Made by a program: the position numbers and the translations under genes
Notes under the pieces: model-generated
Seen by the model: only the letters and a program-made list of their open reading frames with translations
Told to the model about the DNA's origin: nothing
The model's database searches: none
From: an uncultured Pseudomonadales bacterium
GTDB lineage: Bacteria; Patescibacteriota; Microgenomatia; UBA1400; MFAQ01
DNA: 64,000 nucleotides
Assembly: GCA_964357975.1 (NCBI GenBank)
Contig: CAYHNG010000004.1
Span: 6,380-70,379 of the forward strand
Direction: 5' to 3'
Shown here: positions 27,958 through 37,921 of the stretch, piece by piece
How positions within the stretch are numbered: the first letter of the stretch is position 1
Layout of the letters: every line of letters begins with the position of its first letter

Positions 27958-29094
27958 GTGCGCACTCTTTTGTTTATTATCGGTACCTTTATCTATCTAT
28001 CATCCGTGACCTCTGTCTCGGCAATTTACGACCCCTTTTCTGTTTCCAACAACAAAATGGGTATTCATATTCTCTTTCCGTCAGAGCTTCACACAGCCGC
28101 TCAAATGATCAATAACGCGGATAAAGGCTCTTGGGGTTATGTCACCATCCCAATTCAAGCTTCGGACAGAAATCGTAAAAAATGGCAGGATTTTCTAAAT
28201 CAGTGCTCAATCGAACGAATTATTCCCCTAATTCGTGTCGCGACCGTACCCGATGGATCAAATTGGCAAGAACCAAACAATTATGATTTAGTTGATTTTG
28301 CCAACTTTCTGAGCGACTTAAAATGGCCAATTCAAAACCGCTACATAATAATATTTAACGAGGTTAATAGACCAGATGAATACGGAGGCATGGCTAATCC
28401 GGAAAGGTATGCAGATATCCTGAACAATGCGGTTGATATTTTTAAGGCAAGATCTCCCGATTTTTTCATATTACCGGCCGGCCTGGACAACGCCGCCATT
28501 TCTCGAGGTGGAGCTTTACATTGGAGCACCTTTCTTAGTCGCATGCATCAACAACAGCCTGATATTTTTAATAAAATCGATGGCTGGACTTCCCATGCTT
28601 ACCCGAATCCGGATTTTTCGGCTCGACCAAATCTCTCCGGTAGTAATAAAATCGATTCTTTCCGCTATGACCTTCAGTTTCTGAAAAGATATACCATCAA
28701 GAAGTTACCCGTATTTATTACCGAAGCGGGCTGGTCGAACAAAAACCTTTCGGATATTCAAGTTTCCTATTACTATCAATACGCTTTTTCCAAAGTCTGG
28801 TCCGATCCACGCATCGTTGCCGTCACTCCGTTTCTGCTCAACGCCCAAGATGGTCCTTTCAAACAGTTTTCTTTTCTCAATCAAAAACAGGAAAAAAAAG
28901 AGTTTGCTAACACTATTTCGGTTCTTGCACAAAACGGACTGCCCATTATTCCGGCTGCCGAAACACCTCCCGAATTGAAAGAAGAATCTGTCGTCATTAC
29001 TCAATTTGACCCGGTAACCTCTCAAACAGACCCCTATTTAAACCTTAAATCGTTCTACAATAACCTTAAGTCATTATTTGGCATCATAGATTAA
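27958..29094 (+). CDS. secreted glycoside-hydrolase-like protein (clan GH-A TIM-barrel features)
   Basis: Signal peptide present. IIFNEVNRPDEY (NE acid/base motif) and FITEAGWS (nucleophile Glu) are spaced about 120 aa apart. Confidence 0.4.
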   Translation: MRTLLFIIGTFIYLSSVTSVSAIYDPFSVSNNKMGIHILFPSELHTAAQMINNADKGSWGYVTIPIQASDRNRKKWQDFLNQCSIERIIPLIRVATVPDGSNWQEPNNYDLVDFANFLSDLKWPIQNRYIIIFNEVNRPDEYGGMANPERYADILNNAVDIFKARSPDFFILPAGLDNAAISRGGALHWSTFLSRMHQQQPDIFNKIDGWTSHAYPNPDFSARPNLSGSNKIDSFRYDLQFLKRYTIKKLPVFITEAGWSNKNLSDIQVSYYYQYAFSKVWSDPRIVAVTPFLLNAQDGPFKQFSFLNQKQEKKEFANTISVLAQNGLPIIPAAETPPELKEESVVITQFDPVTSQTDPYLNLKSFYNNLKSLFGIID

Positions 29095-29778
29095 ATGCAA
29101 ATTATTCACGGAGAGGATACGGCATCTTCATACAAAAGACTGACCGAAGTTATTGATAGCTTCAAGAGTGATAGTTTTGAGGTCATTATCAAAGACGGCA
29201 GTGACCTGGATCCAACCGGCCTCCGGCAAGAGATGCAACCCTCGAACCTTTTTGGTACCGAAAAATGTTTAATTATTAAGAATCTCTTGTCCGGTAGTAA
29301 GGCCAAATCAAAAGATATTCTCCTTAATACTCTTTCCCGGTCTTCAGGAACAAACATCGTCCTTTTTGAAACAAAGAAGATCTCCGAGACGGCGCTCAAA
29401 CCCTTTTCCGGAGCCAAAATTGAACCATACAATATCAATCCCGTAATTTTTAAATTTTTGGACCTTCTTCGTCCCGGTAACACCAAAAGCCTCCTTGCGG
29501 GTTGGAACCGTCTGCTGGTCCTCAACCATGAACCGGAGTACATTTTTATCATGTTAGTTAGACAAATCCGTCTTCTTATCCAAGCCAAATCCGGTCCTTC
29601 ATATCTTAAGCTCAGCCCTTACCCCAAAAAATTGGTCACTGCGCAGTCCGCACTATTCGACCTTTCACATCTCCTGGATTTGCACGAGTTGCTTTACGCT
29701 ATTGATAAAAAAATCAAAACCGGCTCGTCTTCTTTACCCATCGACCAGCTCATTCTTCAGTTTTTCCTCAAAGTCTAG
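29095..29778 (+). CDS. holA: DNA polymerase III delta subunit-like protein
   Basis: N-terminal MQIIHGEDTASSYKRLTEVI...LFGTEKCLIIKN resembles HolA. Short at 227 aa. Start overlaps the preceding stop. Confidence 0.4.
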   Translation: MQIIHGEDTASSYKRLTEVIDSFKSDSFEVIIKDGSDLDPTGLRQEMQPSNLFGTEKCLIIKNLLSGSKAKSKDILLNTLSRSSGTNIVLFETKKISETALKPFSGAKIEPYNINPVIFKFLDLLRPGNTKSLLAGWNRLLVLNHEPEYIFIMLVRQIRLLIQAKSGPSYLKLSPYPKKLVTAQSALFDLSHLLDLHELLYAIDKKIKTGSSSLPIDQLILQFFLKV

Positions 29779-29818
29779 TACAATCTAGCCGTAAGTACTT
29801 GAATTAAGGAGGCTCAAC

Positions 29819-30133
29819 ATGTGTTGTGGCGGAATGTACCCAAATTTCCTAGGTATACTAATTAGCCAGCTAAAGCCAGGTGACCAGGTGATTATCTTAA
29901 AAGGAGAGGGCTACCCTCCAGTTCAGAATGAAACTACTGACATTATCTGGAAAGTAGATCTGTTTTCAGCTCTCACTGCTGGGGGTATTTCTCTCAACTG
30001 TATGACGATTTCGGACCTACCTTTAACCGGCACCTCTTTCGAAGAATATCTTGTTTCCGAAGAGGCAAAAGCTATTTGGAAGGATATTCAAGCCCTCAAG
30101 GATTCGGAAGAACCTGACTCCGAGCCTGAATAA
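29819..30133 (+). CDS. hypothetical small protein
   Basis: Good RBS, AAGGAGG, 8 nt upstream. Acidic C-terminus. Followed by a strong terminator. Confidence 0.35.
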   Translation: MCCGGMYPNFLGILISQLKPGDQVIILKGEGYPPVQNETTDIIWKVDLFSALTAGGISLNCMTISDLPLTGTSFEEYLVSEEAKAIWKDIQALKDSEEPDSEPE

Positions 30134-30142
30134 ACCGCAATG

Positions 30143-30169
30143 CCCCGCCAACTGGCGGGGTTTTCTTTT
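30143..30169 (+). terminator. rho-independent terminator
   Basis: CCCCGCCAACTGGCGGGG hairpin followed by TTTTCTTTT. Confidence 0.6.
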
Positions 30170-30285
30170 ATGTGGTACAATAACCCATAATTGTTCTTAG
30201 GTAGAGCTGTTAGCTCTGAGGTAGACTCGATCTCGATTGTCTAGCTTAATTTTCCAGAGGACAATCGGGGAAATCCCCACCAAAC

Positions 30286-31482
30286 ATGTTTAATTCACGT
30301 CCTTCTTATGGCCGTAGGCCCGCTAGTCGTGGCTTTCGACCTTCGGGAAGTAATTTCCGAAGACCCAATCGTTTTATGCCCAAATCTCTTGACCCGAGAT
30401 TCTTTGTCTGTGCCGCCACACCGGTAACCGAGTCTGAGGCTATTATCAGCCACGCCTTTGCGGACTTCGACCTGCATCCTCAAGTTCATCTCAATCTTGC
30501 CGGTAGAGGTATGGTTACGCCAACCCAGATTCAAGATCAGGCTTTGGAACACGCTCTCTCCGGCAAAGATATCATTGGTTTAGCTGATACCGGCACCGGT
30601 AAGACCGCCACCTTTGCCTTACCTGTCATTCAAAAACTCTTGACCAACCCCAACGAAACATGTTTAATCGTCGCTCCGACACGGGAACTGGCCGTCCAAA
30701 TCAGAGACGAAATTCGTGGCTTAGCTGCCAATCTACCCATCTACTCCTGTGTTTTGATTGGAGGTTCGGACATCCGACGTCAGCTAGAGGATCTCCGTCG
30801 ACGCCCACATATCTATATCGGTACACCGGGCAGACTCAGAGACCTTTACAATCGACGTGCCCTAAATCTTCAAAATACCAAAACAGTTGTCTTGGACGAA
30901 GTTGACCGAATGTTAGACATGGGTTTTGTCAAAGAGATTACCGAACTGATGTCCTTCTTGCCCAAAGAGAGACAAACTTTATTGTTCTCAGCCACCCTCG
31001 ATCCTAAAGTTGAGGACATTGCCCGAAGGTTTCTGACGAGTCCTTTAAAGATTTCCGTCAAGAACGGGGAAACTTCTCACAATGTCGAACAAAATATTAT
31101 TCGCACTCACGGAAACAAGATGGAAGTCTTAAGCGACTTGCTGAGAAAAGAAGAGTTCAAAAAGGTTCTTATCTTTGGCCGTACCAAACATGGTGTTGAA
31201 AAAATCTCCATCGCTTTACAAAATGCCGGCTTTCCCGCCGATGCGATTCATGGGGACAAACGCCAGAATCAACGCGAAAACGTGCTCAGAAAATTTAAGG
31301 CAAACCAAATCAGTATTCTGATCGCAACCGATGTAGCAGCGAGAGGCATAGATGTCAAAGATATTTCACACGTCATCAACTACGATGAGCCCGCCACCTT
31401 TGAAGACTATACTCATCGAATTGGACGAACCGGTAGAGCCGGGAAACAGGGTATGGCGCTTACCTTTGTAGAAAACATCTAA
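30286..31482 (+). CDS. DEAD-box ATP-dependent RNA helicase with Arg-rich N-terminal extension
   Basis: ADTGTGKTATFALP (motif I), VLDEVDRM (DEAD), SAT, HRIGRTGRAG (motif VI). Confidence 0.9.
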   Translation: MFNSRPSYGRRPASRGFRPSGSNFRRPNRFMPKSLDPRFFVCAATPVTESEAIISHAFADFDLHPQVHLNLAGRGMVTPTQIQDQALEHALSGKDIIGLADTGTGKTATFALPVIQKLLTNPNETCLIVAPTRELAVQIRDEIRGLAANLPIYSCVLIGGSDIRRQLEDLRRRPHIYIGTPGRLRDLYNRRALNLQNTKTVVLDEVDRMLDMGFVKEITELMSFLPKERQTLLFSATLDPKVEDIARRFLTSPLKISVKNGETSHNVEQNIIRTHGNKMEVLSDLLRKEEFKKVLIFGRTKHGVEKISIALQNAGFPADAIHGDKRQNQRENVLRKFKANQISILIATDVAARGIDVKDISHVINYDEPATFEDYTHRIGRTGRAGKQGMALTFVENI

Positions 31483-31486
31483 TACA

Positions 31487-31502
31487 CCTCGTCATTGCGA
31501 GG
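31487..31502 (+). repeat. CCTCG-TCATTG-CGAGG hairpin immediately after the helicase stop
   Basis: 5-bp perfect stem. Related in stem sequence to the hairpin after dnaE (15764..15781) and, loosely, to the GTCATT...GAATC repeat family. Confidence 0.3.
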
Positions 31503-31535
31503 AGTGAAAGCGACGTGGCAATCTATAATTTTGTT

Positions 31536-31560
31536 ATAGTTATGTAAGAAACATAACTAT
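31536..31560. promoter_or_regulatory. perfect 10-5-10 inverted repeat ATAGTTATGT-AAGAA-ACATAACTAT overlapping the P-type ATPase start codon
   Basis: Read directly from the sequence. The ATG at 31559 lies inside the right arm. Confidence 0.4.
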
Positions 31561-33979
31561 GAAATATACCGGTTTAGATACTTCGGAGGTGATAGCCTTG
31601 CAGAAGAGGTATGGGCCCAACACCCTCCCCGAAGAAAAACAGCTACATGCTCTGTCTATTCTTTTTTCACAGTTAAAAAGTCCGCTAATATATATCCTCT
31701 TTGGTGTCATCGCCATCTCTCTTATCTTTAGGGAATTTTTGGATGTGCTCCTTATTTCTGCGATAGTTTTTCTCAACGTTGTCATGGGTTTTTCTCAAGA
31801 GTATAGTGCCCAAAAAACTCTCGGGGCGCTAAAAAAAATCATTAAACCATTCACTATCGTCATTCGTTCCGGTATCCGTCGCTCTGTCGAAGTATCCGGT
31901 CTTGTCCCTGGTGATATCGTCATTTTGGGCTCCGGCGACAGCGTCCCGGCAGACGGCGTCTTGCTTGAGGGGGTAGACATGCTTATTAACGAATCAATTC
32001 TGACCGGAGAATCCGAGTCTGTGGTAAAAACTCAAGGAAAAAAAACGGGTGGCCTGTTTATGGGCACTACCGTGGTTGCCGGACGAGGTACCATGCTTGT
32101 CGGGAAAACAGGTACCCAAACAGAGATCGGGAAAATAGGCAAAAGTATCACCCAGATTAAAGAGCCCCAGACTCCTTTGCAAATCAAACTCGAAAAATTT
32201 TCTCGAACTTTGGTAATCATCATTGCCGCCATCTCGGTAGTGATTTTTTTAGTCGGTCTACTTCTCCGTCATGGTCTTTGGGAAATGTTTCGATACTCCA
32301 TTGTCTTGTCGGTCGCCGCCATTCCCGAAGGACTTCCCATCGCCGTAACCGTTATTCTATCGCTCGGTGTCAGAAGAATACTTAAAAAAGAAGGTTTGGT
32401 AAAGAGACTTCTTTCCATCGAGACACTCGGAGCCACTTCGGTAATTTGTACAGATAAGACCGGGACTCTGACTGAAGGAGTTATGCAGGTAGTAAAAACG
32501 AGTTTTAAAAATCACCGAGAAGCCATCAGAGGCTTAATTTTTTTAAACACGCAGAGATCCAGCTTGGAAATCGCCATCTGGAGCTTTCTCAAGAAAGAAT
32601 TGGGGAAAGATCCTCAAGTAATCCTCGATAATGTAAAAATTTTACACGAAGAAGCCTTTGAGAGTGACAAAAAGTTTGCCAAAACCATTGTTCGGTCAGG
32701 TTCAAAAGTCACCGGCTATATGATTGGAGCCCCGGAGGTGATCCTTAACTTCTGTTCCGGAACCAAAACAGAAAAGAAGCGGATACTTTATCAGTTTGAA
32801 AGCTGGGCTCGATCCGGACTTCGTGTAGTTGGTTTGTGTGAGAAATCGAACGCCAGCATAACGAGCCAATCCGGTTATCTATGGTCAGGCTTGATCGGGA
32901 TTAATGATCCTGTCAGAAAAACTGTCTCCGAATCTATTACCAAAGCCAAATCAGCCGGCATTCGTACTATTATCGTTACGGGGGATTATTTACACACAGC
33001 TCTTAAAGTGGCCAAAGAAGTAGGGCTCGACATTCCCGAAGGTGGCGCTATCGAAGGTCCGGAGTTGGATAAGATCCCTGCGGCAGATTTGCAAACCAGA
33101 ATAAAAAGTCTTTCTCTATTCGCCAGAGTCGCCCCAATCCAAAAACTAAAAATTATTGAGGCGCTTCAGGCAAACGGAGAAGTCGTGGCCATGACCGGAG
33201 ACGGCGTCAACGACGGTCCGGCGCTCAAGAAAGCAAACATTGGGATTGCCGTTGGCTCTGCTACCGATGTTGCCAAGTCCGCCGCCGATATTATTTTACT
33301 CAACAGCAATTTCCAAACCATTGTCTCGGCCATCGAAGAGGGTAGAATTATCTTTGCCAATATCAAGAAAGTTGTTTCTTATGTTCTCTCCAATTCGTTT
33401 GCCGAAATTGTTTTGATCATGGGTGCTCTGATGCTCAATATTCCCATACCTCTCACAATTGTCCAGATTCTTTGGGTTCATCTTATTTGCGATGGTCCAC
33501 CGGACATCGTCCTCGGATTTGAACCCAAAGAGACCGGTATTATGGATGAAAAACCGCGTAAATTAATTCAGGAAAGCATTCTCGAGCCACCCATGATTTT
33601 GTTAATCGTTGCCATAAGTCTGACAGCTGGACTCACGGCTTTATTTGCGTTTCACCACATTTACAATGGTAGTAATCCCCGGCTGGCTCAAACCGTTGCG
33701 TTTGCGGTCATCGGCTCAATCGACTTAACCTACATCTTTTCCTATAAAGACCTAAAAAAACCGATCTTTCAAATGAATTTATTCGACAATAAATTTCTGC
33801 TGGGGGCCGTGTTTTATGGCTTTGCCCTGTTAACTTTTGGCATTTACCACCCTCTGGCCAACAAATTACTAGGAACGATACCACTAAGTTTAAATTACTG
33901 GATCTATCCGTTATTGGCTTCCATAGCCACCATTATTTGGGTGGAGATAGTTAAGCTATTAAGACCAAATCGAACCTAA
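31559..33979 (+). CDS. cation-transporting P-type ATPase (P2-type, Ca2+/Mg2+-like)
   Basis: ICTDKTGTLT (phosphorylation site), TGDGVNDGPAL, MTGDG. About ten transmembrane segments. Confidence 0.9.
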   Translation: MKYTGLDTSEVIALQKRYGPNTLPEEKQLHALSILFSQLKSPLIYILFGVIAISLIFREFLDVLLISAIVFLNVVMGFSQEYSAQKTLGALKKIIKPFTIVIRSGIRRSVEVSGLVPGDIVILGSGDSVPADGVLLEGVDMLINESILTGESESVVKTQGKKTGGLFMGTTVVAGRGTMLVGKTGTQTEIGKIGKSITQIKEPQTPLQIKLEKFSRTLVIIIAAISVVIFLVGLLLRHGLWEMFRYSIVLSVAAIPEGLPIAVTVILSLGVRRILKKEGLVKRLLSIETLGATSVICTDKTGTLTEGVMQVVKTSFKNHREAIRGLIFLNTQRSSLEIAIWSFLKKELGKDPQVILDNVKILHEEAFESDKKFAKTIVRSGSKVTGYMIGAPEVILNFCSGTKTEKKRILYQFESWARSGLRVVGLCEKSNASITSQSGYLWSGLIGINDPVRKTVSESITKAKSAGIRTIIVTGDYLHTALKVAKEVGLDIPEGGAIEGPELDKIPAADLQTRIKSLSLFARVAPIQKLKIIEALQANGEVVAMTGDGVNDGPALKKANIGIAVGSATDVAKSAADIILLNSNFQTIVSAIEEGRIIFANIKKVVSYVLSNSFAEIVLIMGALMLNIPIPLTIVQILWVHLICDGPPDIVLGFEPKETGIMDEKPRKLIQESILEPPMILLIVAISLTAGLTALFAFHHIYNGSNPRLAQTVAFAVIGSIDLTYIFSYKDLKKPIFQMNLFDNKFLLGAVFYGFALLTFGIYHPLANKLLGTIPLSLNYWIYPLLASIATIIWVEIVKLLRPNRT

Positions 33980-33990
33980 AATCGACCCAT

Positions 33991-34009
33991 TAGTGTACCA
34001 GACACACTA
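33991..34009. promoter_or_regulatory. palindrome TAGTGT-N7-ACACTA just upstream of a TATAAT box before pncB; candidate NrtR operator
   Basis: TAGTGTACCAGACACACTA followed by TGTGTTATAAT (34011..34020). An NrtR homolog is encoded at 16762..17451. Confidence 0.3.
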
Positions 34010-34066
34010 TGTGTTATAATACCCTGTAGAAATTGTAAGTACCCTAAAATAAGCATAATCCTATAT

Positions 34067-35341
34067 ATGTTAGGAGGCATAATGACGCACAGAAGCTCCG
34101 GAAATGAGATCATCCGCGACATCCTTGAGAATGACGTTTATGACGATTCCATGTGTAACGGATTCCGTACTTTATATCCCAAAGCATGGGGTCATTACGA
34201 GTTTAACGACCGTGACGATACCATTTATCCACCCGGCTATGCCGGTTTGCTTACCGAAAAAGTCCAAGATTTAAAGCTTGTCGGCTCCGATCCGGATAAA
34301 ATGAAATTTTTCCGAAATGCTTGGTCTTTCGTTCCCAAGTGTTATTTTGACTGGAGAGAAACGTTTAAGTACAATCCTGAGTTAGTGAAATTTCGGCAAG
34401 ACAATGAAGGCCACTTACACGGTACTGTTATTGGTCCCATCGAAAAGGGCATATTCTTTGAAACTCCACTTCTCGCCATTAACTCTCAAACTTTCAACGA
34501 GGAAAACAACTGGCTTCCGGACGACAACTGGCACGAAGTGCTCTATCAAAGTATCGATCGGATGAAAGAGGCCAGATTACAGGTGGCGGAATTTGCTATG
34601 CGACGTAGAGCATACAATTGGATGCACGACGAGGCAACTTCTATTCTCTATAAAAGAGGTGGATCTTTCAAGAACGGTGGAATATATGTGGGTGCCAGTG
34701 TGCCCTACCATTCCTACTTCTCCGGCTTGGCCCCCAAGGGTACTGTCGCACATCAGTGGCCCATGTTTCACGCGGCTGTCTTTGGCATAGAATGGGCCAA
34801 TCAGACGGCCAACGCTGCATGGAGAGCTGTATATGGAGACAACGTCGCTACTGCTCTTATGGATACCTTTACCGACGAGTTTTTCTGGGCAACCCTTACA
34901 CCGGAACTAGCTCACCTGTTCAAAAGTTTTCGCTTTGATAGCGGTAATATGATTAGACAGTTAAACCTGGCCAATTGTTTTTTGACTCATCCTTCAGTTG
35001 GTGTTGATCCCACTGCGGTCACCTTAATGCCCACAGATTCTCTCGACGAACACGAGGCAATCAGACTAAGTAAGCACATTCGGAATCTGGGATACAAAGA
35101 TGCTTTTGGCATTGGCGGGCACTTCACTAACAATAAAGACTTCTTCAAAAAGACTCCTGCTTACCGACCACTCAGAACTGTCATTAAGCTGGTAGCTGTA
35201 AGTTTAAATGAAGGAGAAACTTGGTTAAAGACAGCCAAACTTTCCAACACACCGGGAAAGTACACCGGTGAGACAAACAAGATAGCCGAGTATCTACGAC
35301 ACATCCAAAAACATCCCTTCCCGTTTCCGTTTTCCGGCTAA
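34067..35341 (+). CDS. pncB: nicotinate phosphoribosyltransferase-like protein
   Basis: GTVAHQW, LMDTFTDEF (the DTY region) and FRFDSGNM (NAPRTase R.DSGD phospho-His loop). Length 424 aa. Confidence 0.55.
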   Translation: MLGGIMTHRSSGNEIIRDILENDVYDDSMCNGFRTLYPKAWGHYEFNDRDDTIYPPGYAGLLTEKVQDLKLVGSDPDKMKFFRNAWSFVPKCYFDWRETFKYNPELVKFRQDNEGHLHGTVIGPIEKGIFFETPLLAINSQTFNEENNWLPDDNWHEVLYQSIDRMKEARLQVAEFAMRRRAYNWMHDEATSILYKRGGSFKNGGIYVGASVPYHSYFSGLAPKGTVAHQWPMFHAAVFGIEWANQTANAAWRAVYGDNVATALMDTFTDEFFWATLTPELAHLFKSFRFDSGNMIRQLNLANCFLTHPSVGVDPTAVTLMPTDSLDEHEAIRLSKHIRNLGYKDAFGIGGHFTNNKDFFKKTPAYRPLRTVIKLVAVSLNEGETWLKTAKLSNTPGKYTGETNKIAEYLRHIQKHPFPFPFSG

Positions 35342-35369
35342 CTCCTAGCCTGTTTCGAGGGTGTTTTTC

Positions 35370-35398
35370 TTGACAACTAGGCACAAGACCTATATAAT
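35370..35398 (+). promoter_or_regulatory. near-perfect sigma70 promoter TTGACA-N17-TATAAT
   Basis: TTGACA at 35370..35375, 17-nt spacer, TATAAT at 35393..35398. A GGAGG RBS lies 5 nt before the ATG at 35434. Confidence 0.5.
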
Positions 35399-35433
35399 AC
35401 TTCTTTTCGGCAACTTACAGACTTGGAGGCTAT

Positions 35434-35685
35434 ATGGCACTAAACAGTTACGATACTTTATACGCAACCGTCAAAGAGACCGTTGTGTCGGCCATGAAAG
35501 AAAAAGGCGGTGGTCTGGTAGAAGTCCCGCTTGAACAATTCCACACCTACTTTTCTGCTGATTGGACGGCCCGCATTGTTCATCAGCTTAGAAGAGAACT
35601 GGCGGAGGAGTTTGGGATTACCAAAGTGCACTCTCGCAGTGCCGATCCGCAACACGAAGTGAAAGCCTGTATCATTATCGAGTGA
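35434..35685 (+). CDS. hypothetical small protein (83 aa), likely highly expressed
   Basis: Consensus promoter, strong RBS and strong terminator. No motif recognised. Confidence 0.45.
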   Translation: MALNSYDTLYATVKETVVSAMKEKGGGLVEVPLEQFHTYFSADWTARIVHQLRRELAEEFGITKVHSRSADPQHEVKACIIIE

Positions 35686-35690
35686 AACTC

Positions 35691-35721
35691 GGACCCCATT
35701 AATTTGGGGTCCCTTTTTTTT
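35691..35721 (+). terminator. rho-independent terminator
   Basis: GGACCCC-attaattt-GGGGTCC followed by CTTTTTTTT. Confidence 0.65.
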
Positions 35722-35727
35722 CGAAAA

Positions 35728-36375
35728 TCAATCTTCGGAAAGTTCCAGATCGTATCCAACCTTTTTCTTTTTAAGCATTGATCGAAGTTGGTCGTTCCTT
35801 TGGTGAGAAGAAATAATCGTCGCCACTACTTGTCCGTTTTTAACGGATCTGGAACGTACGTCGGCTCCTAATCTACTCAGAATCACTTCCAGTTTCCTTT
35901 CGTCTTTTGGCTTTACTTTCAGTAAATAGTAGTCACCTTTAAGACCGTATTTATATTGAAACACCGCAATTGGGTTTAACAGCAAAACCAGGCAAACAGC
36001 AACTATCGCCGGTAAGTATAGTCCCGCACCGATACTAATTCCGATAGCCGCCGTTGTCCAGATAGTTGCCGCCGTCGTTACTCCCAACACCTTATTACCG
36101 TTTTTTAGAATCACCCCGGCTCCCAGAAAACCGACACCCGTGATTACCTGTGCCATGAGACGTGCCGGATCGGCGTCAGGAACTCCGTACCATTTACCCA
36201 AAAAAACGGAAATACCGGCCATAAGTGCCGACCCAACACAAACCAGCATCTGCGTTCTGATGCCCGCAGCCTTTCCACTTCTTTCTCTATCAAATCCAAT
36301 AATTACACCTGCCACAAACGCCACCAAAACACGCATTATAATTCTTACCTGAAATTCGTCGGTACCCAAAATCAT
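35728..36375 (-). CDS. mgtC: MgtC/SapB-family membrane protein
   Basis: VAFVAGVIIGFDRERSGKAAGIRTQMLVCVGSALM is the MgtC signature. The C-terminal soluble domain is present. Confidence 0.75.
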   Translation of the reverse strand: MILGTDEFQVRIIMRVLVAFVAGVIIGFDRERSGKAAGIRTQMLVCVGSALMAGISVFLGKWYGVPDADPARLMAQVITGVGFLGAGVILKNGNKVLGVTTAATIWTTAAIGISIGAGLYLPAIVAVCLVLLLNPIAVFQYKYGLKGDYYLLKVKPKDERKLEVILSRLGADVRSRSVKNGQVVATIISSHQRNDQLRSMLKKKKVGYDLELSED

Positions 36376-36413
36376 ATTCGTAGTCTACCACTTCTTTTCC
36401 GTATGTAAACGTT

Positions 36414-37847
36414 TCAATTCAGAAAATCAAGATTCACACAAAGTTGGTCTTTCCAAATCATATCCGGGTACTGGTGGAGCATCTTGTTCACGTATGCCTT
36501 TCTTTCGTTAAATATCTTTTGGCTTTTTGCCTCAAATTTGATGGTGATGTAAGGACCGTTTTGTGAATAACGAAAAACCATCATACCGTCGTCAAAATCC
36601 GCTCGTACCCCGTCGTCACCCGGTATTACGGAATCATCGGTAATCTGGGCTCCAGGAAAGTCGGCCATAAATCTTTTGGCTAGATCTTTGACTACCGCAA
36701 TCTTCTTTTCATCAGGGCAGCCAATTTTTATTTCCGGAGATGAAATATAGGTTGGAAAACTTTCGTACAACTGAGAAAGAGATACGTTTTTCTCCGACAA
36801 GTACTCCAAGATTCTGAGCGCCGCATAAGCTCCATCATCATGACCGTAAGCGTTATCGGCAAAGAAAAAGTGACCGGATAACTCACCTCCGAAGGCTGCC
36901 CTCTCTTCCGCAATTTTGCTTTTGATAAAAGCATGGCCTGTTTTCCAGATAATCGGAGTACCTCCATGCATCTTGACTACTTCGCGTACCACTTGCGAAC
37001 ATAAAGTATTGTAGATAATTTTTGATCCGGGAAATCTTTCCAATATTTCTTCGGCAAAAATAGCTACAGCTACATCGTTCCATAACACGCGCCCTTTTTC
37101 GTCTACCAAGCCAATTCGATCACCGTCTCCATCAAAAGCCAAGCCCAAATCCGCTTTATTTGTTCTGACTACCTGAGCCAAAGATTCCATCAGCTTACTA
37201 TCCGTTGGATCCGGCGTACCGGCCGGGAAGGATCCATCAACTTTTGCGTTCAATTCCACTACTTCACATCCTGCTCTTCGTAATATTTCCGGGAGATAAA
37301 TACCTGTAGTGCCACAATGTGAGTCAACCACTACCTTATAAGACTTCTTCACGTTTACTCTCTTCAACAAGTCAAGAATATAGTCCTCTTTGACATTCGC
37401 TTTTGAAATTATTCCTTTTGTCTTGGATACTTTGAAGTCATTATTCTCAACATAATTTCTTAGCTCCTGAACTTCTTCCGGGCCGGTTGTTTGAGAGTAT
37501 CCAACTCCCAATTTAAAGCCGTTAAAATTTTTTGGGTTATGGGAGGCGGTTAGTATGGCTCCACCGTTCGTTTGGAATCTGTACTGGCCAAAATACATCA
37601 TTTGAGTCATGATCATCCCCAAGTCAATGATGTTTACTCCGGTACTGATGACACCTTTCATAAAAGCTTTTTGAAACTCCGGTCCGGAAAGGCGGCAGTC
37701 TCTTCCACAAACCATCTGTCCAATCTTGCGTCTCCTAAGAAAAGTTCCATAGGCCTTCCCTAGAGCTTCAACCTTCTTTGCGTCTAGATCAACGTCCACC
37801 ACACCACGGATATCGTAATTTCTAAAAATTAAGGGGTTAATTTTCAT
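36414..37847 (-). CDS. phosphoglucomutase/phosphomannomutase (alpha-D-phosphohexomutase)
   Basis: NPLIFRNYDIRG, active-site TASHNPKNFNGFKL, and GDGDRIGLVDEKG for the metal loop. Confidence 0.85.
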   Translation of the reverse strand: MKINPLIFRNYDIRGVVDVDLDAKKVEALGKAYGTFLRRRKIGQMVCGRDCRLSGPEFQKAFMKGVISTGVNIIDLGMIMTQMMYFGQYRFQTNGGAILTASHNPKNFNGFKLGVGYSQTTGPEEVQELRNYVENNDFKVSKTKGIISKANVKEDYILDLLKRVNVKKSYKVVVDSHCGTTGIYLPEILRRAGCEVVELNAKVDGSFPAGTPDPTDSKLMESLAQVVRTNKADLGLAFDGDGDRIGLVDEKGRVLWNDVAVAIFAEEILERFPGSKIIYNTLCSQVVREVVKMHGGTPIIWKTGHAFIKSKIAEERAAFGGELSGHFFFADNAYGHDDGAYAALRILEYLSEKNVSLSQLYESFPTYISSPEIKIGCPDEKKIAVVKDLAKRFMADFPGAQITDDSVIPGDDGVRADFDDGMMVFRYSQNGPYITIKFEAKSQKIFNERKAYVNKMLHQYPDMIWKDQLCVNLDFLN

Positions 37848-37921
37848 AGTTCATCATTAATAGTTATTTGAGTATATATCAGGTAGTATGGGAATCAAGC
37901 GTGTGTTGCTATACTAAATTA

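Noticed and set aside
28341-29025. Small ORFs overlapping the GH-like gene and the holA-like gene (28341..28544-, 28427..28684+, 28705..29025-, 29106..29588-)
   Set aside because: Overlap better-supported longer ORFs and have no motifs.
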